Shown here piece after piece: positions 1-11,396 of a stretch of DNA of 64,000 bases; within the stretch, counting starts at the first letter, position 1, and each line of letters opens with the position of its first letter. Origin of the DNA: Zygnema circumcarinatum SAG 698-1b (Eukaryota > Plantae > Zygnematophyceae); NCBI GenBank assembly GCA_037447605.1, contig CM074806.1, positions 3,348,001 through 3,412,000 on the forward strand, read 5' to 3'. Position numbers and translations under genes: made by a program. The notes below the pieces were generated by a model. It saw only the letters and a program-made list of their open reading frames with translations. It was not told the DNA's origin and ran no database searches.

Positions 1-3000
1 GCAACTGCCCGCCAAAAATGTCACTTAGAGCTGAAGCAACAACGGTATGTGTACGAGTAACGGATGAACGATTTTTCGGGCCCACTGTCTCCCACTCCTC
101 TTCTCCCTCTCCACCATCAAACTCCATGACTGTCACAACTCCTCCTTCTCCGACAAGGTTGCCTCTATCTCCAACATCTCCAGAACTAAATTCCGAGCTC
201 TTGCCCTCCAACCGAAGCAGCTCCTCATGCATGCGATCCATGACGAAGCTCAAAAATTCCTGCGCATCTTCCTGTCGGCTGCCCATTTGCAGACAGCAAC
301 CACAGAATTCAGTTCAGACAATTCATAGTTACTGTAAAAAGGATGTCCTAGCGATGATTTAGAACAAGAAAAAGCCTGCTTTCAATCACTTGACTTTCTT
401 TCCGATATTTATGTACTATCAAGCAAAATAACATTGCTTCCCCCAACCGAAATTGCAGAACAGTACAAATGTGTTATTTTGCCGACGAAAAGCAACTCAC
501 TTGTTCCTCATTCCGGCACGATTGCTGGTCGGGCTAAACCGCAGCAGCACATCATCAAACATAGTGGGAGAGAATGGTCGGCCAACATCAATGTTGCGCT
601 TAGCCGTCACACTCGCAGTTTTACCACCTGCTGCCAGATTGTCGCCAGGCAAGGTCTGAAACTCTCGAACAAAAGCAGAAAATGCTCCCAAGGTTGGATA
701 TCCAGTCTGCATAGTGCAAAAAGTGATCAGATTCCACACTTGAACAGGTACGCTGAATATGGTCGTCATTTGATCAATGACACGGTTTGAGGTTATGTGT
801 TGTCATAGCGTCATTGTTCAAGAATCGTGCTTGATGCCCCAGAAGCAATCAGCAACATGCGATAAGCAGCAAGCAAGCCTTTTCGAGAAGGTCACGTGAA
901 AAAAACTCACGGAGGGAATCGTTTCAGCTGAAAGTATCCGAAGGAGGTGTAGAAATGGCGAACAAGAAAGTAGGCACTGGAGAGTGGAATTCAGAAAGCA
1001 AGTATTTCCAGCATTCAGAAGACCTCTCGGCTGTATCCTTAGTATTCCCCAAGCCTCTGTACTTTTGAAGCTGTTAAGCCATGATTCACGACTAAGAGGC
1101 GATGTCACCGCCTGATGAGACTGTGAAGTGAGACTCGTTTCACTAGCGCCTGTAGATGTTCCGTTTGCTCCCATTCGCTGCTCTGCAGATACTCCATCCC
1201 GCAATAGTTCTTCTGCCGGATTCAGCACAATTGTTGAAGGAGCTGAGGAAGATGATGCAACAGGGGACGACGATGACGATGCCTTCCCTGCTTTTGATGG
1301 CTGGCCGATACTACTGCCGATTGGCAAGGAACCCAAAGGAGCTGACGATGCCGGAGCTCTGATCCCTGAGATTCCACTTGGCCCATCTGAAGAAGAGGAT
1401 GAACGTACGAGGGCTGCCCATGATTTGACAGGTGGCTTCGGGGGAAGAGCTGGTGGAGTAGATGGACCAGCTACTGTCGGAGAAAGCGAAGCACCAGCAG
1501 ACGCTCCGTCAACATCTTCTCCATGTTCACTCGAGGAGGATGATGGTGGAATTGATGTGGCGCCATTCAGAGCAGTAGAATGAGAGAGATTTTGTGATGT
1601 GGTCGTGGAGGAAGGCCTGCGTTGAGTGTCAGCGGGTGGAGGTCCTGGCGAGTCTGAAAGCGAAGGAATTGAGGCTGAAGACAAGGAAAAAACAGGCTCC
1701 TCTGCACTCGCTGTTGTTGAAGTAGAGATCTGAGAAGTGAAGGAACCTGACGAAGTACTAGAGTTCGGGGCAGGTTGCGGGGCAAGGGGTGTGGATGTGA
1801 TTGAAGTCTGGGTGACAGGCAAAACTGGTTGAGGGGGAGGAGGTGCATGGGCGACTGACCATAGGGGAGAAGGAAGACGGTTGGAAGGAACAAGGGTCAT
1901 CGCAGAAACAGCAGCTGCAGGTTTGATTGTTTGAGGGGAGGTCGTTCGTGCAGGGATACCCCAAGCAGCTGGAGGGGGTCCAGCGACAGAAGTGCTTTCT
2001 GAAGGTGCAAAAGTAGCAATCATGGTTGGAGGATTAGGATTATGTGCATGTTGAAGAAGTGTTGGCGAAGAGGTCCTGCTTTCAAATGGAGAAGGGATCT
2101 GAGACGCAGGAGCCGCCATCACTTGTAAAGAAGCACCTGATGACAATCTCTGGCTGGCCAATTCTTCCCCTTTGTCTGCCACTGCTCTAATTGGACCCGC
2201 AAACATCACTGGAACAGATGTGCTGCTCACTGGTATTGTCAATTGCCCAATTGGAAAAGTTCCGGCCCCTTGTTGCTGGCCATGTGAGGGTAATTGCAGG
2301 GCGGCATGCCCTGGCTGAGCCATGATTGGGACCACTGGTAATGGTGCCATAGATGCGAAAGGTGGAGCATGAGCGGGATGAGAGGACTGCGGTGGATAAG
2401 CTAAGCCTACAACAGGCGGGAGAGCAGGCAAACCTGGTGGCACAGAAAAGCTCTCTCTTGAATGCTCCACAGTCGAAGGCGGAGGGGGAGGAGCATAGGA
2501 AGGCTGTAGAGGCACAGGAAACCCCTGGACATGGTGCCCAGCTGGCACAGCGAGTTGCATTGCAGCTCGAGGAGCCATGCCTGGAGCAAGTGGTGCTCCT
2601 TGAACTGGCGGAAAAACGCCCCCATTTGTGACAGGCCAAGAATTCCTCACTGCCATGGCTGGCAACCCTAATGGTTGTGGCCAATTCGGTAAAGGAGACG
2701 GAACGTGGCCGAAAACTTCTTGCATACTTCGTGAATCTCTTGCAACGCCATTCTGTCTGGGATATGGACCGACGACTGGGCGAAGATCAACTCGCGGATA
2801 CTGATAGTGTTGCAGTGGTATTCCTTTAAGATTTGCGTCGAAGGACACGGGTGCATCTAGAGCTGTAATCGCAGAAGGTGTCGCTTGATAGCTGTCCTTT
2901 CCAACAGTTGAAGTGGAGGAGCCGGACGAGGAAGAAGAAGGCAAGCTGGGTTTCTCCGTTGATTTCTCATTATCATTTTTGTCTCCATCGGGCCTGGCCG

Positions 3001-3654
3001 GAGCTGATTGGAAATAGGCGGACTCATCATCGCTGAATGACCCGAATGAGAAAACCTGAGCGAAGACAGAAGCAAAGAAGAACAGAGAACAACGGCTTCC
3101 GCGTCAACCACTGCAGACAGAATTTATCATAACAGATTTTTCTCCTAAAGCCCTAGTCGTGAGCTCCAAACCCTACAGAAGTCCACTCCTAAAACTCTCT
3201 GAGCAAATTTCAAAGCAGATTCATCATTGCAACTGCAACTCAAGGTTCTTCTGCGGAAGCCTCAGCAGGTACTGTGATTGCAAAGGAAAGAAGCGGGCAC
3301 AGCTTACTTCCTATCTTTAAAACACGTACAGACTCTAAATTATACGGTTAAATAATCTCAGAAACTGCTGTGAATAACAAGCAAGTCGTAAATAGTTCTC
3401 TGGCTTCGCTGCACATCTAAAGATCCACTACTACGCACCGGCTCCTTCTCGTCCGGCAGTTCAAACTTTACGATAGAGGCCAAAGCAGTCAGAATCTGGG
3501 CTTCCGGACCTCCTCAAATGAAAAAAATAAAGAAGAAACCTATGATGAGAAGATTCAGCATAAAATCCGTCACCCCTAAACCCACCTGCCCTTCCTAGCT
3601 CAGCCCGAAACTCCTAAATCTCCCCAGGAGCTGACCCACCTTATCCGTCGCCAT
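1..3654 (-). CDS. Ubiquitin carboxyl-terminal hydrolase, UBP24/USP10/Ubp3-like (3' end runs off window start)
   Basis: Exons 3654-3640 (MATDK), 3055-911, 706-501 and 278-<1 with GT/AG boundaries in consistent phase. N-terminal VFSFGSF, Cys box QPRGLLNAGNTCFLNSTLQCLLSC and RQEDAQEFLSFVMDRMHEE motif. Confidence 0.93.
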
Positions 3655-3984
3655 CTTAGCCTCACTCCATGACTCAGTGCACAGGAGAGGTGAGACAGAC
3701 TGAGAGCCGAGAGACCCCAAAAATTACGATCATGAGATGGCCAGAAGTAGAGGGAGAGTTACAAAAAACAAAATGGAAATAGCGAGGGAGAGAAAGAAAT
3801 AGAGATCAATAAGAGAGAGTGCGAGAGAGAAGGAAATATAACTGACAGAGAGAGGGTGAGGCGGCGTTCCTTGCAGGGAAGCCCTTTTATTGCCCGACCC
3901 CCGCCATGGAGAGCCCGAGGCCAATGCTGAGAGGGAGACCTTTCCCTCCGCCTGCTGCTGGGAAGGCGCTCGGGTGACAGGCGC

Positions 3985-4110
3985 CACGTGACATCACACG
4001 GCCGTACATGTAAGTAACATACTGTACGGACGTCCGTCCGTACAGTTGTGGGGCACGTCCGCATGCGCCGCATGTCATCCATGTGAGAAATCATTTGTGA
4101 ACGTCACGTG
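3985..4110. promoter_or_regulatory. G-box (CACGTG) pair upstream of the USP gene
   Basis: CACGTG at 3985-3990 and 4105-4110 with further ACGT cores, 330-450 bp upstream of the ATG. Confidence 0.4.
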
Positions 4111-4240
4111 ACACGTCGTGAACATGGCCATGCCCATGTCCATGGCGCCTCCCTCCCTCAGAAATTTGTGGCCGAGAAGGAGACCCATGTGTCGATGTAG
4201 ATGTGTTGTTGTGTGAAATGAATGTGAAGGGGGGAATGGG

Positions 4241-4443
4241 CATTGATCTCACGATGGCGATGCCGTCAAATGTATACTGACGAAGTCAACATGGGGAACC
4301 ACGAGGAAGCGGCCACAATGGATTTAAAGATACATAACGGGAACGGCGAGCTGAAATCTGCTTTTAGGGGAAAATTTCATTGAACTCGCGATGGCGAGGC
4401 CATCAAATGTACATGGACAAAAGCAAAATGTGGAACCACGAGG
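4241..4443. repeat. Degenerate direct repeat, two 66-bp copies, period 137 bp
   Basis: 4241-4306 and 4378-4443 align without gaps, 12 mismatches in 66 nt. Confidence 0.75.
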
Positions 4444-4665
4444 GACTGGTCGCAAAGGACCGAAACACAATAACACGAAGCTAGGAGCGGAAAACTACGC
4501 CTAGGCACAACAACGCAGCCCTAGAAGCAGCCGTGAAGGTCACCGATGTGCTGTTTCTAGGGCTTGTGTAGCGGTCAACAGTATGACCTATAAATGAAAT
4601 GGACGACGAGCGAAACCGCCCTACGGAACTTGCATGTGGTAAATGAACTTCGAGAAAAATAGTAG

Positions 4666-4746
4666 TGATGACAGTGGGATTTGAACCCACGCCCTTTCGG
4701 ACAGGAACCTTAATCCTGCGCCTTAGACCAACTCGGCCATATCATC
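4666..4746 (-). tRNA. tRNA-Leu(AAG)
   Basis: GATGATATGGCCGAGTTGGTCTAAGGCGCAGGATTAAGGTTCCTGTCCGAAAGGGCGTGGGTTCAAATCCCACTGTCATCA: 7-bp acceptor stem, CAGGA/TCCTG anticodon stem with AAG, long variable arm, GTTCAAATC T-loop, followed by a TTTTT Pol III terminator. Confidence 0.96.
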
Positions 4747-4866
4747 GCTGTGTTCGCAAAAGATTGTTAAATAAATTTTATCACACTTTTGCAATACCAA
4801 ACGGATAAAGTAGGGCGTCGTGGCATCTTCGCCACCCTGCTTCCCTTCGCTCGCTCAGCGGCAGCC

Positions 4867-5891
4867 ATGGCGGCAGCAGCAGCAGCCGTCGGCTTCGGCG
4901 CCTCTCTCAGCACCAGAGCTATTGGAGCTCGCAGAGAAGATGTCCGCGCTCTGTCAGAGCGGGCATTCGCGACGCCTGCCCATCAGGCCGCCGTCTGCCC
5001 CCCCGTCGTGCAGCCTGTGGCCAGTAAGCAACCGCGCTCGTTCCGCATATACTAAGGCCTGGACCTCAGATGCATTCACTGTGTTATCTGCGTGTTCTTG
5101 GGGACCGTTTTCTTTATATTTTTGTCTTGCGGCGTAACAATGCTCTCTGGTCCGCAATATCTGGCCAATTAGGGTTTGAACTTGAAGTGATTGGAAGCTA
5201 AGCGAAATGCTGTCTGCCTCGTAAATGTGAGTATGGATGCATGTTTGAGGCTGAGAGTGCGGGGCCAGCATGGGGAACCAAAAGCCCCTTGGAATGGCGA
5301 GTATACGCCTTCCTTGTCCTTTCTTAGTTCCTTTAGCCTTCAGGTAGTTGCATAAACCTTAGTAATTGTTATTTTTCTTGGAACACTCTTTTCAAGAAGC
5401 AGTGGTTGTCAATTGAGTTGAAAACAGATTTTGGAGGGTAAGTTGCCAGAGAGCCGGTCTCTTGTCTCCGGGGTTTGCGGTCATAGGGTGTCTAGACTTC
5501 TAAGAAAGGGGCTGGTGTCGTGAACAGTTCATGGCAGCTATGCTGGAGAAGTACTGGGATTGGCTTGTCTAAAAGGTCTAGCATCGAGCGTCGGTACGAA
5601 TATTGCTGTTGAAACATAAAACCTGCTAAGAGTTTCTTCTGCTAATTGCTCTGTGCAGAGAGGATCTGCGACCTGACCGGTAAGAAGTGGAATAACGGTT
5701 ACAAGGTGTCGTTTTCCAACCACCGAGAAAAACATATTCAGTACGCTAATTTGCAATATAAACGCGTTTGGTGGGAACAAGGCAAACGTTTTGTGCGCTT
5801 GCACCTCAGCACAAAGGCTCTGAAGACATTAGAATGGAAGGGGCTTGACAAGATGGCAAAGGAGGCAGGAATCAATTTGAAGGATTATTGA
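4867..5891 (+). CDS. RPL28: Plastid 50S ribosomal protein L28 with transit peptide
   Basis: join(4867..5023,5659..5891), 129 aa. Ala/Ser-rich transit peptide, then [44 protein letters not shown], the cyanobacterial/plastid bL28 pattern. Confidence 0.9.
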
Positions 5892-6717
5892 TTCGGGCTA
5901 TGGAACTTCAGTTTATCCAATGTAGGCTTGCAAGTTCTCTAGTTATTGAATAGTGGTGGCAATCTAAATTTGAAATCTTTGGCTATAGCAGTGTTAGGGT
6001 GCTGAGCAACAATGAACCTTGGATGTTCTAGGCTGAGTCTGCAACACAGGACTGATTTACATCACGAAGTTCCGTTCTGAAAGTTGTAGAGGCAATTGTG
6101 GATATTGTTGGCAGAGGATTTTCAGGTGGCCCAATTCAGTGTTGATCAGCAGTACCTATTTGCACCGCATGAGAGGTTTATGGGTTATTGCTCTTCAAAT
6201 GTTGTGTCCCTACGATTTTCCAATTTCTGGTTTTTCGTCACTATGATGTTCCCCCGTCGATTTGAGATGGGAGGCGTGTGGCTCCAGTGCACACCTTTTG
6301 GTTGCATTTGTTAGATTATAAACCTGCTCTGCTCACTTGAGACATTTTTTCTTGGGTAACTGGAGCTCCATCATCACAACAAAGACGGCAGCACTCGGTC
6401 GGATTTGGTCACAAATCTGTAAGTCAAGGACCGCACCCACATTCCTCAACTCTTGGAGTGTCGCTAGACATGCGGAGTAGCCTTGGGCATTTCAGCTTAT
6501 GAATCCCATTTTTGCTGCCGTCTTTTGTTTTTAAAGTGATTTCACTGACAATTCGTCTCGTACCATTACAACACCTTCTCACCAACCCTAAAGCTCAGCC
6601 TACTGTGTAAGTAGCCGCCTAAAGAGACCCAACAGAACTGCAAAAAGTACAGAAAACTCCCAGCGCAGAGGACTCAAATTCCGAAGCCTGAAGGGTCCAA
6701 ACATTAGACACAACATT

Positions 6718-9700
6718 TCAGGACAGCGCTGCCGAGGAAGGCGCAAAGGGGGATCCCGGCGGAGGGGAGAGGCCGAGGTGACGCATGATGCGAATGCGCC
6801 GATCTTCATGAGCTTGTGGGGAGCCCTGCTGCGATACAAAGTGGAGAACGAAGGAGAAAGTAGAAGCGTGAGTGAGACTCAATGTAACACTTGTGCTCTC
6901 CTACAGAAAGGGCGAAGGAGATGTCAATGATTTCAAGCATCCCAACTTCTGAAATGGAGGACAAAAAGGTGAAGTTAGAGAGGACATGAGGCAGAGACGG
7001 ATCCAAGAAACAGAGGTTATCAAGTTTGGAGCCATAATAATAGACAAGATCGAGGGAAGCTTGAAATGGGACAAGTGAGTTAAGAAGGTGAGAAAAGTCT
7101 TCACTTCTTTGAGCCAGACGAGTCCTCACCGTGGCTTCCGACTTTCCTCTCTTTTTGGCTTTGGTTCGTCGTCCCATGGAAACGCCTTCCCCATCCTTCT
7201 CTCCGTTGTGGGAAGCCATGGCTTCTCGTCCGTTCCGCAGACTCCGTTTTGCAGACTCGCTCCCTCCATCCTCCCCGGATGCTGCCTCCGTCGCAGCTCT
7301 GGTCGATGCGTCGCCCTCGCCACCCTCCGCATCTACGCATAGAACCAAGAAGCTAATTCACAAAGAAGAAAGTTGACCAAAGCTTGCAAGACAAAACAAG
7401 GCGTTCAAAGAAGAAGCAGACAGTGTGGAGATATACAATATAAACCATTGGGGATTAAATTGAACAAACGTGGAGGAGGAGATAACTTGATACGTATATA
7501 CACAATGAGCTCGCTGCTACTCCGAAACATCAATCCCCGTAGAGCCCAAGGGAAACTTTTAACTAAAAGCCAAATGAGATGTACTTGTCAATGTGGTCCG
7601 CCGGAGTCCAGCAGATTACGAAAAACTATCACTCTATAACATACGCAGAACAGGAGAAGCCAATGACGATGGATATGAATAACATCACAGGAAAGTGGCA
7701 ATACCTTCCAGTTTCCGACCTTTTCCTTTCGGAGATACACCCGGCGACAGTATTGCCCAATCTACAGGCAAGGTTCCGCTTTTCTGAAACTCCAAAACCT
7801 GCATGCAAAACGGTTTCATCATTTTTCTATTCTCATTGCAAGACGAAAACGACAGTTCGGGCTCTAAGGAATAATCTTGACTTAATGCATCTAGCAGCGC
7901 ATCGGGCAATGTGGAGAGAGAATGAAAATGAGCCGGATGAAGTGGGGCCCAGAAAGAGGATGGATTGAGGTGAACAGCGAGAGGAAATGAGTGGAGAAGG
8001 AGGCAGCCGGAAAACAACGCGAATCATGGTAAAAAAGGCGACGGCAGACTAGGGGAAAAAAAGCCGCGGGATGAATGAGACAAATGAGAGGGAGAGAGAG
8101 TGGAAGAGGGCAAGAGAAACAAGTGGGAAGCAAAGTGTATCATGCATTGTGCGTGTGAGAAAGAGAGGGAGAGAGGAAATGAAATGGACGGAGGGTCCGA
8201 GTAACTTACCTCCTCTAAAGCTTTCTGAAATGTTTTTTTTCGCTGTTTGCTGCGGTCTTGAAACTTCTGCACTCACACAATTTTTTAACATTAAACGCTA
8301 ACTTTCCGCCAAAGGACTGAGCAATTCACTTTTGTTCACACTGCCAGATTGCCTTTACTTCAATTACGGTTCTGCCGAAGTTGAAACATACTCATGCCCT
8401 AATGCCAGGTTCAAGGCTTTAGCAACAGTCATTTGCACAATCCTTTTGATGCAAACACACATTTTCTACTGATTTACTACATTACTGGTTCACTCACCGT
8501 GTCAAGGTCTGACAGGGAGTGAACAGGGTCCACCCACGCACTGCAGAGCCCACACAAGAAAACCGTCAGCTGCAGTAATACTTGTCCGATGCTCTTCATT
8601 GAACAGACCATCTGTGACTACAGCTCACCAGATATGAGCTTCCCCCATTAACATAACAAAAAAAGAATTCACCCCACTGCAGGAGAATTGTTAAAAACAA
8701 AGCAGTATTGAAGAAGAGCAGGGGACGGCTCCTACAAGTCATAAGTGCCAAAAAAGCGGACGAGAACATCTGTTGCAGAGGCTCTTTCTTTCATGAGAGA
8801 ATCATCGGCAATAGAAGGATCAATGACCTGCATCCCACTGCCAAACTTCATTACTAGACAACAAGCCCAGACTTCAGCTTTACGTCCTTTCTCCTTCAGA
8901 TTCAACCTTTCTCACGTCTCTTTGCCTCCCCCCGTTCCATACATTCTCCCCATCCCATCTCCACAAGGGAAGGAGGGATCTAAGTTAAATCAAAACCAAC
9001 GTTTTTGTTCTGTTCTCCTTCATCATACCTGAGCAGGCCACCATGGAAAACGTCCAAGTTTTGCCCAAACCACTCGTCCTATGAGCTCCTTTGAACTGGC
9101 CATCGCTCCAAGGCCCTCTTCATCCTCTTCCTTTGATGATCCCCTTCCTCTCACTCGGACCTTCCCACCACCTCCTACGGGTTGCTCAGCTCTGCCCCGC
9201 CATCGTTTTCCGCAAATTACTTGGTGAACTACCTCTAAGCCTTCGTCAGCATAGTGCAGTTTGAAAACAGACCGATTTCAGAACAACAATACAACCCAAC
9301 ATTTGAAACGTGTCTAGACCCAGCCAATTCAACCCAAAAGAACAAGAGGTTCATAGCTTCTTACCTTTCTTTCTCTGCCGCTTCCTGGGCTTTTGCTGCA
9401 AGTCTTGCTCTGACTCGAGCTGTACCACGAAATCCCGAAATTTCAGGAGCCGGTGGGGCCGCATCACCTTTATCCGCTCTCGCATCATCTTCCACATCTT
9501 CCCTTCCATTCACAGCCTTATTGCTCGAAGGTAAGGATGTTTGGAACGTGTCTTGGGCAGCCGGCTCCTCACGAGGATAACTGGTGGCTTGATCATCCCC
9601 TGCACCGGTGTGAAAGGAAATCAGAGTAAGATTGCTCTCCATTGTGAGAGAACACATGCAAATTCAAGTACTTAAACAGCTTGTCGTGAGTTTGGTATTT

Positions 9701-10577
9701 CTAGAAAACTAATGTGCCAGCCTTATGCTAATGGAACACAGTCAGAAATTAAGACAGACCAATGGCCTTTTTCCTCCATTGTCTCTCTGGCAAGAGGAAA
9801 CAGGAGAGAGGGAACTGAAGTGCTAAAGGGGAAACAAGAGAGGGAGACGGGGAAGGAGGAGAGGAAAAGCAGGTTCAGAGAAGATAGAGATCAGGGAAAG
9901 AGAAGGAAAGGAGAGAAGAGGAAGGAGGAATGAGGCACAAAAAACTCGTCGAAGGGAATGGGGGGAAGGTGCGAGAGCAGTATAAGGTAGAGAGGGGTTT
10001 TCATTTGACGAGACGGAAGAGGGGAGAAAGGAAAGGACGAGGGAGTCCGAGAGGAAAAAAAAGAAAGAGGGGAAGGAGGATGAAGGAAGAAAAGAGAGGA
10101 AGAGAAACGAAGTGAGAGAGGGAGGAATGAAGAAAAGTGAGAGGGACAGAGAGAGAAGGGGTAAAACAGAACAGGAGAAAGGAGGTTGGAAGGCGAGACT
10201 GGGAGGAAGAAAGCGCGAATTGTGAGGATCAAAAAAGGGAAGGTGAGAGAAGAGAGAATGAAAGAGGAAAGGGGCAAGATGGACATGGGAGAGAGAGAAG
10301 CCGTGGTTTTACAGCAGAGGGGGAGAGGAGGTGCAGGATGAGAAATTAAAATAGAGACGCTTTGAGACAGCGCGCGTGAGAGGGTGAGGGTAACGTAAAG
10401 AAGTGAAAAATACGAAACGGAGAGGAAAGAAAGGGGGACGATGGGGACATATACGGGTGAAAAAAGGCGACGAGACACAGAAAGCAAAGAGAGGGTGAGA
10501 GAATGCGGAGGCCCGTCAAGCTTTCACTGACCTCTCAACTCAATCACATGGTTCTCGTAGCTGTCAGAATCTTCCAT
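6718..10577 (-). CDS. PWWP-domain protein
   Basis: Successive exons give VVWAKLGRFPWWPAQ|VIDPS..VLVRFFGTYD|FAWVD..|KFQ..FQKALEE|VLEFQ. First exon is 10577-10532 (MEDSDSY..), second 9599-9365, last 6828-6718 (RRIRIMRHLGLSPPPGSPF). The exon 3 acceptor is uncertain. Confidence 0.85.
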
Positions 10578-10826
10578 TCCCGCGGCCTTACCCTTCCCTT
10601 CCTGAAGCAGCAGTAGAGCACCTTCACCTCCTCCTCCTCTTCCACCTTCTCTAACCCTGAATCACCTTCAATACCCTATTCTCCTCCTCTAGCCCAGCCC
10701 GAAATTAGCGTGTCCTTCCGCCCCTAATTGGAAGATCCTCCGCTTCAAGAGGGCGCCACACGCTGCGCTGCAAAGAGTCCGACTGAAATGGTTTGCACGA
10801 GACTCACCACCGACGAGAGCCGACGG

Positions 10827-11396
10827 GAAAACCACGAGGAAGAGTGGATCTTGCGAGAGTGAAACCACGAGGAAGAGTGGATCTTGCGAGAGTGAAACCA
10901 CGAGGAAGAGTGGATCTGCGAGAGTAAAACTACGAGGAAGAGTGGATCTGCGAGAGCGAAACTACGAGGAAGAGTGGATCTGCGAGAGTGAAACCACGAG
11001 GAGTGGATCTGCGAGAGCGAAACTACGAGGAAGAGTGGATCTGCGAGAGTGAAACCACGAGGAAGAGTGGATCTGCGAGAGTGAAACCACGAGGAAGAGT
11101 GGATCTGCGAGAGTGAAACCACGAGGAACAGTGGATCTGCGAGAGTGAAACCACGAGGAAGAGTGGATCTGCGAGAGTGAAACCACGAGGAAGAGTGGAT
11201 CTGCGAGAGTGAAACCACGAAGAAAAGTGCATCTGCGAGAGTGAAACCACGACGAAGAGTGGATCTGCGAGAGTGAAACCACGAGGAAGAGTGGATCTGC
11301 GAGAGTTAAACCACGAAGACGAGTGGATCTGCGAGAGTGAAACCACGAGGAAAAGTGCATCTGCGAGAGTGAAACCACGAGGAAGAGTGGATCTGC
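10827..11396. repeat. 32-bp minisatellite, about 18 copies (GAAACCACGAGGAAGAGTGGATCTGCGAGAGT)
   Basis: Head-to-tail copies with no spacers. Units vary from about 29 to 33 bp through small indels and substitutions. Confidence 0.95.

Noticed and set aside
6455-6475. tRNA-Sec-like TGTCTAGCGACA hairpin on the minus strand
   Set aside because: The surrounding sequence cannot form a cloverleaf and has no TCA anticodon arm. A 12-nt match is compatible with chance.
10827-11396. CRISPR array (repeat length 32 bp)
   Set aside because: Units are head-to-tail with no unique spacers, there are no cas genes, and the context is eukaryotic.
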